A stretch of 64,000 nucleotides of DNA from Chiloscyllium plagiosum (lineage: Eukaryota): assembly GCF_004010195.1 (NCBI RefSeq), contig NC_057719.1, positions 33,154,713-33,218,712 on the forward strand, given 5' to 3'. This document shows positions 52,141-64,000 of this stretch, piece after piece; the stretch's first letter is position 1; the number at the start of each line of letters is the position of its first letter. The translations under genes and the position numbers were made by a program. The notes beneath the pieces were generated by a model, which saw nothing but the letters and a program-made list of their open reading frames with translations, made no database searches and was not told the DNA's origin.

Positions 52141-52674
52141 TTACGTGCGTATACAAGAATAGTACTGAAATCTGGTTATCTCTGTACTGGATATAAATGC
52201 TCATCCACAGGGTACACAACATCAATTTATTTTTACCAAATCAAGGTATCAACTACAGGTTTATAGCAGATTACATGAAAAATCTCAGTACTAATTATCA
52301 GCTTGTTAGCCTCAATTGTGGATGAATTTTCTGATATTTCTGATAGATGTGGAAGACTTTTAATTGCCTTGACAAGCAGGTTAGTTTTATTATTTCTTTT
52401 GAGTCCTGATTAAAATCATGCACAGGTGAAATACTCCACAATGGAGTACTATGAGCTTGCAACTATTCAATAAGATCATAAATGGAACAGAGTCAACAAT
52501 TAGTCTTGTATCAATCAGCATGTGTCCTTGACACAGAGCTCCATTGTAAAGGCAATATGCAGATGATGAAAATGAAACAGCTCAATTTAGGTGCATGCTA
52601 GTAATCACAGCACTTGAAAACCAATAGGTTGAACAGAATGATAGGTTGGTGTTGACAGCATTGTACAGAGTAAA

Positions 52675-54470
52675 GTCATTAAACCAGCAGACGAGGGGAT
52701 GCAGTGGTAGTTTGGCACACTGACCTTTCTACTGCTGAAGCTAGGGGCCAACTCACGCACACCTCCTCCTACTTTCCTCTCAAGCACGATCTCACCTCCC
52801 ATCACCAAGCTATAAGCTCCCATCCCATCCACAATCTCATCACCTCAGAGAATCTCCCACCAACAGCCTCCAACCTCATAGTCCAGGAACCTCTCACCAC
52901 CCAGTTCTACCTCTTACCCAAAATTCACAACCTAACTGCCCCAGTCAACCCATTGTCTCAGCCTGCTCCTGCCCCATTGAACATATCTGTGCATACCTTG
53001 ACACTGTCCTGTCCCCCCAGTCCAAGAGCTTCACACATATATTTGGGACACTAACTACGCCCTCCACCTCCTCCGTGACTTTTGTTTCCCCTGCCCCCAA
53101 CGACTCATCTTCACCATGGACATCCAGTCCCTATACACATCCATGATGAAGTTCTCCAAGTCCTCTGTTTCTTCCTCTCACACCATCCCAATCAGGACCC
53201 TTCCACTGACACACTGGCTGAATTGGTCTTCATCCTCAACAATTTCTCATTCGAATTCTCCACTTTCTCTGGACCAAAGGGATAGCCATGGGCACCTGCA
53301 TGGTCCCCAGCTATGCCCACTTCTTTGTCGGGTACATGGAACAGTCCTGCAAAAACATTATCCCTTACTCCCAACTTCTCCGTCTCCACCGCATATACTC
53401 CCAGAAGGATCAATTCCACCATAGAACATCCCAGATGGCCATCTTCTTCAGGGACCACGATTTCCCCTCTCACGTGGTTGATGATGCCCTCTAGTGCATC
53501 TCCTCCACTTCCCTCACCTCCGGCCTTGAATACACCCCTCCAATCGCAACAAGGACAGGACCCCTCTGGTCCTCCCATCAACCTCCGGATACAACGCATC
53601 ATCCTCCATCATTTCTGCCACCTAAAGTCAGACCCCACCACCAGGGATCTATTTCCCTCCCACCCCTATCTGCATTCTGCAAAGACCATTCCCTCCACAA
53701 TTTCCTTGTTAGGTCCACACCCTCCACCAATCCACCCTCCACTTTGGGCATCTTCCTTTGCCACTGCAAAAAGTGCAAAACCTGTAAACCACACCTCCCC
53801 CCTCACCTCTTCCAAGGCCCCAAAGGATCCTTCCACATCTGATAGATTTACCTGTACTTCCACACTCATCTACTGTGTCTGTTGCTCCCGATGTGGTATC
53901 CCCTACATCGGGGAGACAGGATGGCAACTTGCAGAACGTTTCAGAGAGCATCTCTGGGACACAAGCATCAATCAGCTCCACAACCCTGTGGCCGAACACT
54001 TCAATTCCCCCTCCCACTCTACCAAGGACATGCAAGTTCTTTGCCTCCTCCACCTCCAAACTCTAACCAACCGAAGCCTGGAGAAAGTATGCCTCATCTT
54101 CCACTTTGGGACCCTCCAATCACTTGGGATCAATGTCGATTTCATCAGTTTTCTCATTTCCCTGCACCCACCTTATCTCAGATCCAACTCTCTAACTCAG
54201 CACTGCCCTCTTGAACTGTCCTACCTATCTATCTCCCACTGATCCACTCCACTCTCCTCTCTGACCTATCAACCTCCACCTTCACCTAATCCCCCCCCCC
54301 CCCTTCCATTTATCTCTCAGCCCCCTTGGGCCCCCCCAGATTTCTGATGAAGAGCTCATGCTCGAAACATTGACTCTCCTGCTCTTCCGATGTTGTCTGA
54401 CTGGCTGTGGTTTTCCAGCACCACACTTTTCAACTCTGATTTCCAGCACCTGCAATCCTCACTTTCGCCT
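52675..54470 (+). mobile_element. Penelope-like element (RT remnants, Cys-rich linker, GIY-YIG endonuclease, 3' repeat), internally deleted
   Basis: VIKPAD.G, FYLLPKIH, MDIQSLYT, AMGTCM.PSYA, IPYSQLLRL.RI, CHCKKCKTC, LIYCVCCSRCGIPYIGETG..LAERFREH, PVAEHFN. Confidence 0.9.
54340..54375 (+). ncRNA. Minimal type I hammerhead ribozyme motif in the Penelope 3' repeat (cleavage triplet decayed)
   Basis: CTGATGA 54344-54350, perfect stem II GAGC-tcat-GCTC, GAAA 54364-54367, then CATT instead of CGTC. Confidence 0.65.
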
Positions 54471-55564
54471 ACAGGGAGTACAGTATGTTTCAGACCGAGC
54501 AGAACAGCTTGACTAAGAGGGAAGAGTCATTTAATACGGTCACATTTGGACATGTAATGGAACATGAGCATTTACTGTGAAATCTGTGAAAGAATACTTT
54601 GTAAAGTCTTGCAGGGAGGCAGAAAAGCAAAGTCAGGGAAAATGTAAAAGTTAAACCAGACTCACAGTAGTCTCACAAAAACAGTAAACTATCATATCAA
54701 CAGTCAAGGAATGAGAAAAATAACTCCATGTGTGGAAAGGAGCTTGAATGTTCCCAGCTCTTGACCTTGAGATGTGATAAGAGTAAGCAAAGTTTAGTAT
54801 AAAGGGAATATGTGAAAGCTATTCAGGCACCCCTTACATGAGGCATTTTGCCAAATGTATTGGGTCGATTCTGCAGAGTCCGAATAAACATTTTCTTTGC
54901 TCTTGCTAGCATTTGAGTCAAGTCAATTTAATTTCCATGACAGATACTGAGCTTGTGATGACAGGAGGAACGCAAAATGTTTCCAGGAAATAGTGGTAAG
55001 TACAATCCATCCCCTCAGGTGACTGAAAAATACAGTTACATGCAAAATGAAAGCACGGTGACCAACTCTGGGGGTTGAGGTGGGAGGTGTGGGGGAGCAG
55101 CGAGATGGAGATAGGTGCAGTTTTAGCTGCTCTCAGAACTTGAGAAGCAGAGGTGGGGTCCTGATGAGACCTGAGATGCTTCAGGTGAGAGGGACTGCAA
55201 GGTTTGACAAGACCCAAGAAGCAGTCTAATTTATTCATTATCCTTTTTTTCAGCTTCTCCCTTCCACCTGAGTTTCCCAAGACCTCTCTTATCCCTTTCC
55301 CCTCAGGCTAGCTGGGTATCCATATCACCCCAACACTACACCACTCCTCCCCAAAATGGACTGGGGTGGGGGCTGCCGCTGAAGCAGCCATCACCAAACC
55401 TGAATGTAGAGAATCACCCATCCAATGGAGGCCTAAGTTGCAGCTTATTCCCTGGAGAATCAATAGTTGCAATTGGAGACTATCTGTGGCTAACAATGGA
55501 TCATGTGTAAAAGCAGACCATGTGTTAACAAGGCCTGGTATGTGGGGGTGAGGTGGGGAGCAGC

Positions 55565-55812
55565 TATTCACTCTCTCAGGCTGGTCATTATCCACTCCTT
55601 TGCCTGTCCAACTATTCTCTCTCTTTGGGCTCTATCTCCACGTATTGTTTACTCCATACCCCCCTTCCCACCCTATCTTCTGCATTAAAAATAAATCTTT
55701 TCCTAGCTACCATCAGTTCTGAAGAAGGGTCACCAGACCCGAAAAGTCAACTCTGACTTTTTGCCACTTATGTTGCCAGACTTGCTAAGCTTTTCCAGTA
55801 ATTTTTGTTTCA
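55565..55812 (+). mobile_element. Second Penelope/MER6-like family fragment
   Basis: C/T-rich leader, hammerhead motif, then gttgccagacttgctaagcttttccag body. Confidence 0.7.
55715..55752 (+). ncRNA. Minimal type I hammerhead ribozyme motif
   Basis: Stem I AGTT/AACT, core CTGAAGA, stem II GGGTC-acca-GACCC, GAAA, GTC cleavage triplet at 55746-55748. Confidence 0.7.
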
Positions 55813-55892
55813 TCTTTAAATTGTGAAGTCAGATTGTATAAATGTAACTTGTATTTATTGCAATAAGGATTTTGAAGAGTGTTCTAATTTAT

Positions 55893-56245
55893 GGGGAAGA
55901 TGATGGTGTCATGATAATGCCAACTGGACTCGTAATTCAGAGGCCCAGACTGCAGCTTTGGCATGATGGGTTCAAATCTCACCATGAGAATTTAATGAGT
56001 AAGTCTGGAACTGAAAGCTAGACTTAATGAGCAGGAAAATATTGTTGTAAAAACCCATCTAATTCACAAATATTCCATCGGAAAGGAACTCTGATGTCAT
56101 TGCCTAGTCTAGCCTACGTGTGACACCAGGCCCACAGGAATCCTTTAGGCCTTGAAATGGCCTTGCAAGCTCTCAATTCAAGGCCAATTGGGGATGACGA
56201 ACAAGTGCTGGCCTTGTCAGCGATGCCCATATTCCATGAAAGAAT
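55893..56245 (+). mobile_element. tRNA-derived SINE sharing its tail with the 11530-12181 LINE family
   Basis: B box ggttcaaatc at 55969; tail gggatgacgaacaagtgctggccttgtcagcgatgccca. Confidence 0.6.
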
Positions 56246-57334
56246 GAAAGAAAGGTTATTCAATGGTGAAAGAATTAGATTGGGTAAATGCAAATACATT
56301 ATTTCTTCCAATGTGGGAATTCACAACAAGGGGAATAATCTTAAACTTAGATAAAGACCATATCCGAAATTAGGTAGAGCTTTCTGCAAAGACAGGGACC
56401 TGTAATTCACTTCCAGAAAAGCCTGTAAATGTTGTATAAATTGAATTTTCAGGCCTGAGATGGTCTGACTTTAATCATTTGGAATATCAAGCAATATTGA
56501 GCTGAACAAAGGCTTCTAAACAGGTTGATGTACAGATCTAACAATGACAGAACCAGCTCAAGTAGATGAAAGGCCTACTCTTGCTTCTATGTTCCAAAGG
56601 TTTAAAATTACAGATTCTAAAGCCAGGTAATATGGCAATTCATTCCCAACCCCATCACAACAGAGATACAAAGAAAACTAAGAATGCAGTCACCAAAAAC
56701 CATTCTAATTACAAAAAAATATTTGGAAGAATGACAATCAAAAGGAAAGATATAATGTAAAGCATCTTATAAAACAAACCTCCTACATTCATAACTGACA
56801 ATGTAACAGCTCTTTGTGCTGCACTAGAATGTCAAGTGGACCTTGAACATGTACCCAACTGACTCAGAGATAGAAATGCTATTAATTGAATGAGCAGAAA
56901 TGTGCTTTAATACATGACCCTGACTTTTAAAAAAAAATATCTCGATGGAAAACCTAAGCATTGATAATGTTAACCATGAGTAGTTATAAAATGTAAACCT
57001 GTTATGTGATGGCTAAAATATTAAATTCACTTTCTTACAGAAATAAATATTTTTTTTTAACTGATTTTTGGATATGCCTTATAATAACAAATACCTTTAT
57101 ATAGTATTATATACTTTGATACAACATAATTTATTTTCCAGAGATTGCCTCACCTTCCTTATGTCATTTAAAAAAGATTCTTATTTTGCAGTTGATAATC
57201 TTTACCACATTCCTCAAAGTCTTTGGCACTACTAGCACCTAAAATAATGGGGCATTATAATTAAAACAAAACCTCATTCACTTTAGTTTATATGTGTAGC
57301 AAACTGAATCCAGTAAGTCAAAATGAACTCATAT

Positions 57335-57750
57335 TCCTATACCACTTTACACATTTTCAAGATGTCCCCAACTATTTCACATCCAATGAAATACCTTTGA
57401 ACCGTAGTCCTTAATATAAAAACAAAAGCCTTTTTGCACAACCCAAGGTCCCACAAGTAGCAGCAAGATAAATGACCAAATAATCTCAGAACAGTGGTAT
57501 TGATTGAGAAATAAATAATAGCTAGGTCACTGGAAGAACTTTGCTGTTCTTCATTGAATAGGGTCATGGAATCTTCTGCAGTCATTTCTACAGATGAAAA
57601 ACAGTGTCATCTCAGCAAAAAGAATCCAGCCACTGCCACCTCTCAATATGCAGTAAGAGGAGGTGAAATTAAGCACTTGTCTGTAGCATGGGGCTTGAAT
57701 CCACAACATTCTGTTTCAGTGGTGCGAAAGCTCCCACTGAACCAAGGTTG
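57335..57750 (-). mobile_element. Old SINE, probably DeuSINE/SacSINE1-like
   Basis: Resembles recalled chondrichthyan SINE phrases (gtcccacaa...aatgacca.ataatct...catggaatctt); tRNA-like head near 57690-57750. Not verified by alignment. Confidence 0.45.
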
Positions 57751-57917
57751 CCTTATACTACTATGTTGTTCATCGATCTGCCACGGATCACTTGTTTTAA
57801 ATCAAACATTATTTGGAAATGGAGAAACAGCAATAACTGCAGATAATACCCCCAATATATGTGTTTCAACCATTTTTACACATATTCCTATATCCTTGCT
57901 TGACTTCAGAGAACTAG

Positions 57918-58251
57918 GGAATCCCTACAGGCCCTTCGGCCCAATAAGTCCATACAGAAGTCCTCCAAAGAGTAACCCATCCAGACCTATTCCCCTACCC
58001 TATTATCCTGTATTGACCCCAACTAATGCACCTAACCTACATATCCCTGAACACTATAGGCAAATTAGCATGGCCAATTCGCCCTAACTTGCACATCTTT
58101 GGATTGTGGGAAGAAACTAGAGCACCCAGAGGAAACCCACGTAGACACAGGGAGAATGTGCTAACTCTACACAGTTGCCCAGGCTGAAATTGAACCTGGG
58201 TCCCTGATGCTGTGAGGCAGCAGTGCTAACCACTGAGCCACTGTGCCACCC
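57918..58251 (-). mobile_element. HE1-type V-SINE
   Basis: Reverse complement of the head ggtggcacagtggctcagtggttagcactgctgcctcacagc; homologous to 4609-4912. Confidence 0.88.
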
Positions 58252-58489
58252 CTTCTTATCTTCTGCCTATACCAATAAACGTTTGGCAAAACCTTCCAAA
58301 ACAGAAATCTTGGTTAGGTTTTCCAGTTCAGCATTAAAGTGGTCAGGTAAGAGGTACAACGCACCATCCTTCATGACTTCTCATATTCATTGATGTCCTG
58401 GACTGTTACAATTGTCAAGAATACTATTTATTCAGGAACATACAAGGGCAATAATGTGACAATACAAGAGCAAACCTTGATGCCGTCAA

Positions 58490-59713
58490 GTGATGTAACT
58501 ATGAAGTTGGACGAGGGAAATCCAGTAGATGTAGTGTACCTGGACTTTCAGAACACTTTTGATAAAGTCCCACACAGGAGGTTAGTGAGTAAAATTAGGG
58601 CGCATGGTACTGGGGGCAAAGTACTAGATTGGATTGAAAATTGGTTGGCTAATAGGAAACAAAGGGTAGTGATAAACGGATCCATTTCGGAATGGCAGGC
58701 AGTGACCAGTGGGGTACCGCAGGGATCCGTGCTGGGATCGCAGCTTTTTACAATATATGTTAATGATATAGAAGATGGTATTAGCAAATTTGCTGATGAT
58801 ACAAAGCTGGGTGGCAGGGTGAAATGTGATGAGGATGTTAGGAGATTACAGGGTGACCTGGACAGGTTAGGTGAGTGGTCAGATGCATGGCAGATGCAGT
58901 TTAATGTGGATAAATGTATGGTTATCCACTTTGGTGGCAAGAACAAGAAGGCAGACTACTACCTCAATTGAATCAATTTATGTAAAGGGGCAGTACAGAG
59001 AGATCTGGGTGTTCTTGTACACCAGTCAATGAAGGCCAGCATGCAGGTACAGCAGGTAGTGAAGGCGGCTAATAGCATGCTGGCCTTCATAACAAGAGGA
59101 ATTGAGTATAGAAGCAAAGAGGTGCTTCTGCGGCTGTACAGGGGCCTGGTGAGACCACACCTGGAGTACTGTGTGTAGTTCTGATCTCCAAATTTGAGAA
59201 AAACATTCTGGCTATTGAGGGATTGCAGCTTAGGTTCACGAGGTCAGTTCCTGGAATGGCAGGATTACCTTACACTGAAAGACTGAAGCGACTGGGTTTG
59301 TATGCCCTTGAGTTTCGAAGACTGAGAGGGGATCTGATTGAGACGTATAAGATTATGAAAGGATTGGACACTCTGGCAGTGGGAAACTTATTTCCACTGA
59401 TGGGTGAGTGCCGAACCAGAGGACACAGCTTAAAAATATGGGGTAGACCATTTAGGACAGAGCTCAGGAGAAACTTCTTCACCCAGAGAGTGGTGGCTGT
59501 GTGGAATGCTCTGCCCCAGAGGGCAGTGGAGGCCCACTCTCTGGATTCATTTAAGAAAGAGTTGGATAGAGCTCTCAAAGATAGTGGAATCAATGGAGAT
59601 AAGACAGGAATAGAATACTGATTAGGAATGATCAGCCATGATTATATTGAATGGCGGTGCAGGCTCGAAGGGCTGAATGGCCTACTCCTGCACCTATTGT
59701 CTATTGTCTATTG
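58490..59713 (+). mobile_element. 5'-truncated CR1 with (CTATTGT)n tail, same subfamily as 1-744
   Basis: VDVVYLDFQ..FDKVPH, PQGSVLG, KFADDTK; near-identical to 1-744 from 58982 onward. Confidence 0.92.
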
Positions 59714-62700
59714 TGAAAAGTATCTCAGCAATTTGGATTAGTACATTCTCAGTTCACTACAACTATTGTGAACCTTCTTTAGAAATCTGATCTTATAATT
59801 AAAATGAAAGTATAATTGGAAAATGGATGAAAACACAAATCAAAAGAAAGACTAAAGGCAGAAAAGCTTAGAATGACAGCAATCTCCAAAAACATTTTGC
59901 AAGAGAAATCAATGATGCAAGGCAGATAGCCTGAAAGAAAGAATATCTAAAATGAAAATTTAACCTCAGAGGTAAAGTTTGTTGACAGTGACAATGATTC
60001 TAGGAAAGGGTACACCTGTCAAAAAGTAGTACTTGCAGAGGATGCCCTATGGAAAATTTGGGATGACAGCCTATTGTCCAAATATTGGACTGTGTTTTCA
60101 AGCCCTACTCTTCACACACAAAACGTGTTTGTTTCAAAAACTATTATGTTAAAGTAGGCTATACAAATACATATCAAATTTTTGTTGCAAAATAAAAGTT
60201 CTGAGGAAAAATCATCATCTAAGTAGCAGAAACTGTGATTTTGAAGAAAAACACTGATTGATTAAAGTCATAATAGGTTAAGGAGCTGGTCGAGGGCATT
60301 ACAGATGAAAATATACAAATAGAAAATGCTGGAAGGTCAAAGCAGACTGCCAACATCTGTAAAGCGAAACCACAAGTGAATGCTTCTAATTAAAAGCCTA
60401 CACTTGATATGTTAAATCTTTACAGTTTACAGCTGTGACCTTACCAAATGTGCATTTCCAGAGTTCTCAGCTCTTGTTCAAATAATGATTTTCTTTTATT
60501 TTCTGTTTTTGTGCAAAAAAAACCTGGGGTATTGCATGAGACAAATTTGATGATTTCTTCGGAAGACTTGAGAAAAGGATGGTTGAGAAGTTAATGAGAG
60601 AGTTGGAAGTCAAGCAAGGATATATGAATGGGTGTAAAAGTGATTGGATCACATGCAGAATTATCTGCAGTTATCATGCAACATTCAATTGAAAGAAATG
60701 TTATATGTTCCTGATATGGAAATTGAAATTTGTCGAGGAAAGCTGAAGTTAGATAAATTGAACTTAGTCGACAACGTCAGCTTGGATTTCTGTTCTTTAT
60801 GCACATAATTCTCGATACTAAAATCAAATATGTGATTATCAAATTTATGGATTCTACAAAATATGAATGAGCAACAAAGGTTCAAACTGTGATCCCATGG
60901 GCCTCTCCTTAGTATCATCTCAGTAAAAATTTAAATATATTAATTGCTTTCAGAGGGATTCACTTGGATTTTTGCATTTCAGTAAGACAAATGACAAATT
61001 ACACTGAATATTGGCAAACATACAATGTGGAACAATGAACAACATAAGCACAAAATGAAAGGATTAATTTAGCAGTGAAAGATTCAGAAAGAGATTTGAA
61101 AATAACAGTGAATCTATAGGCAATGTAGCAAGTCAATTAAATCAAATAAAATACTGGAATATATAACCTTTCATGAACACAAGTCTATTGAGGTTGTAAA
61201 ATGCACTTGTCAAATTCTGCTGACAGTAATGTGCATCATTCTGGTCACACCACTGTAGAGGGATTGGGAAGATGTAATGAAAAGCACTATGCAAATGTTT
61301 CAATGAAGCGGTGAAATGCAACATTAATAATTCTAAGTATAAAGAGTGTGTGGAGGGGATGTGGGGGTGGGGGTTGTATCTCTGAAGATTCAAATGGCTC
61401 AAACTTACAAATTGGAAAGAAGGCTGTTAATTAAGACAGAACTTTCTGAAGCATATAAAACATTCGTGAATTCAGATAAGGAACAGTAGACTCTTGCTTC
61501 AGAGCGAGAGACACTAGTAGATCTGGAGATTATAGGTATAACTAACAAAACATGAATGTAATTGGAGAGCGATAAACATCTCAGGTAGATAGCAGAAACA
61601 TATCGCTTTGGAGTATTCATGTTTAGTTGGATGCTGACTGGAGGAGGTTGGATTGTTAATGAAATGAACTTGAGTTTGGTGACTAGTTTTGATTTAGCCT
61701 TCAGAATCATCCATTGATCAATTGGTCATGCATTTGTACACATGTAATATAATGATTCAACAGTGAAATCCAGCAATGTAATTTTATTGTGAGGGATAGA
61801 GATAAATCTAAGTCTTATAGTACGTAATGCACATGAGATAAGTTCTATGGAGGAGAAGAGACTGATAAAAAGAAAAGAAATTCACACAACTGGCTAAGGC
61901 ATATTCGCATAAATAAAGGAAGTAGTTTTACAGTCTGTTCTGTCATGTGAATTGGCTTTAATGCAATCGCAGAATTCAGACCATTATCTGGAGAGTGCAA
62001 ACTTTCCTTACCTGTAATGGCAATAACGTGAAGATTGAGCGATTTTCTTATAACACAAGATCATACAATTGCATTATATAAGAACCGACTCTCCAGGCAG
62101 TCTGACAAGATCGCTAAGAACAGTCTCCTAATTTAGTAGAAATTAGTACAGATATTTCATCTTTCTATGTTGGTGCTCAAATGTAGACTAAAACTCACAA
62201 ACTCAGTGCAATGAACCAGCCACAATAAAATCTTACTCAATCTTTAAGGTGAACTTTATTGTTCAGGAGCCATTCCATACTAGACCAGTGCAAAAGATTG
62301 CCAAAGTCATGTCTCTGTGGAACTGCTCCTGCACAAAGTCCTTTCTGACCACTTTATGTAATAATAGCAGATGTGTTTTGTGTTTTACTTATAACAGCAT
62401 CTGTTATATGCTCAGAAGCAAAATCACATCCATCCACTTGCACAAGCAGCAAGCAAATTACAGCTGTGCTCTTTTCCCTCTGAGAGTATCCAGCAGAACG
62501 GGTCAACTTCATTCAATATACCGAGATGGATTCACCTACTGTGTCTGGATGAAGGCACTAGGCCCATTTTAAACAAAGTGAGCAATGAAATTAAGTTATC
62601 CTGATTCCATCTATTATTGATAATGTTATCACACTATATAACTGACAGGACCACCATTAAGAATTTTGCGTTTGTGCAGAGGGATACGCTTCTCCCAAAG

Positions 62701-63369
62701 ACTTTGAGAATCTGTTTATTGCTGATTGAGTCATAGGATTTTCATAGTATTTGCTTAATAACAATTAATCAATCATTATTCCAGGAAGATATGAGCCAAA
62801 TATCTGCCAGAGAGGCCAAGAATGAAAAAAAAAACTGGAATTGGAGAAAACATGCTGGATCATTCTGCAAATGAAGAGGAAACAAGTGTAGCCGAGAACC
62901 AGCCTGTGGCATTGCCCAGCCAAGATGAAAGTTACTTCAGCCTCAATTTGAACAGTCACACAAGTGAGCACACCAATACACTTGCAACAGGGAATCAAGT
63001 GCTGGGGTCTTCAGGCAGTTTATCCCAGGAATTGGTGTGAGTGACCCACTCAGAATGCCACTCAACCATGGCCAAGATGTACTTCCTGAGTATAGCTGCT
63101 GATAAATAACATATATAGAAAATCTATCACTGTTCACCAATCACCCTTCAACAAAAACCAGGTGAGAGTAAAACCTTTGTGCAACTCTGCCATCAGGGCC
63201 ACATGCTATGTGCATTTCAGTTTAATCCTTCATATTCAGAATAATTTAATCCTCAAGGGTTTATTGTAACTCAGTCACCTGGTTAGGTGAGCAATTAAAT
63301 ATTAGGAAACCACTTAGCCTCTCAAATATCTCCCTTATACCACAACTGTCAAGATGTGAACACGTGCTG

Positions 63370-63780
63370 AATGCTTGCTGCAATTATGCATGGCCTTGAT
63401 GAGACCACACCAGAAATCTGTATCTAGTTTTGGTCTCCTTATCTGAGGAAGGATGCTCTTGCTGGAGAGAAGGTGCAGTGAATGCTTGCTAGACTGACTC
63501 CTGGATGGTAGGACGATGGACGAGGAGACATTCAATCAGACCAAATTATATTTACTGTAGATCAGAAGAATGAGGGATGAATCTATAAAATTCAAATGGA
63601 ACTAGACAGGGCAACTGCAGAAAGTGTGTTCTTAATAGTGGGATAGTTCAGAACCGGGGGTCACAATCTAATGTAGAGGAGTTGAGATGAGGAGAAATTT
63701 CTTCACCCAGAGAGTGGTAAGCCTGTGGAATTCACTACCACAGAAAGAGTTGAGGCCAACATTGTATGATTTCAAGGATT
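63370..63780 (+). mobile_element. Degenerate CR1 3' fragment
   Basis: ALMRPH, FWSPYLRKD, EMRRNFFTQRVVSLWNSLP. Confidence 0.7.
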
Positions 63781-64000
63781 ACTATACTTATTAGATATGG
63801 GAGAGTGCTATACCTAATCCAAGGGAATTAAGCCAGTCAAGCAGGCAAGCATTTTTGGAATAGTGACTATAACTCTCTAAGCTGCAAAGTCATTGTGGAA
63901 ACAGATAAAGATAGTGCAAAAGTTATGAGCCCAAAAGTGGGGGATGGCTAATTTCAGTATCATTATACAGGATCTGAAAAACAGATCCCCCTGGTAAGGG

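Noticed and set aside
53313..54242. 309-aa ORF as a host gene
   Set aside because: Mostly off-frame Penelope sequence; only the C-terminal part is the true GIY-YIG frame.
62822..63040. Acidic/Ser-Thr ORF as an exon
   Set aside because: Wrong strand for MDGA2, low complexity, no recognisable domain; may be old transposon debris.
49830..64000. Preceding MDGA2 exon (Ig3)
   Set aside because: No Ig-like minus-strand ORF found.

Overview
Vertebrate genomic DNA, most likely from a shark or other cartilaginous fish (inferred from HE1-type V-SINEs and HER1/CR1 LINEs). The window lies inside the large introns of MDGA2 on the minus strand. Two symmetric phase-1 coding exons are present: Ig4 at 49500-49829 and Ig5 at 42938-43243. 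The flanking exons were not found. The rest is largely nested transposable elements: many CR1 LINEs (two retain an SGNH-esterase ORF1), L2-type fragments, tRNA-derived SINEs, a Tigger4/MER46-like MITE, a solo LTR with a 4-bp TSD, two decayed Harbinger-type Myb/SANT genes, a two-LTR Gmr1-like Gypsy element (integrase before RT, SCAN-like gag, tRNA-Pro PBS) and a Penelope-like element with a GIY-YIG domain. The most notable signal is a dispersed family of short Penelope-derived inserts carrying minimal hammerhead-ribozyme motifs with covarying stem II, some with their own TSDs. Hammerheads in Penelope elements are a known class, so I do not claim a wholly new system. There are two assembly gaps (3497-4427 and 16659-16685). 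Boundaries of old repeats are approximate.
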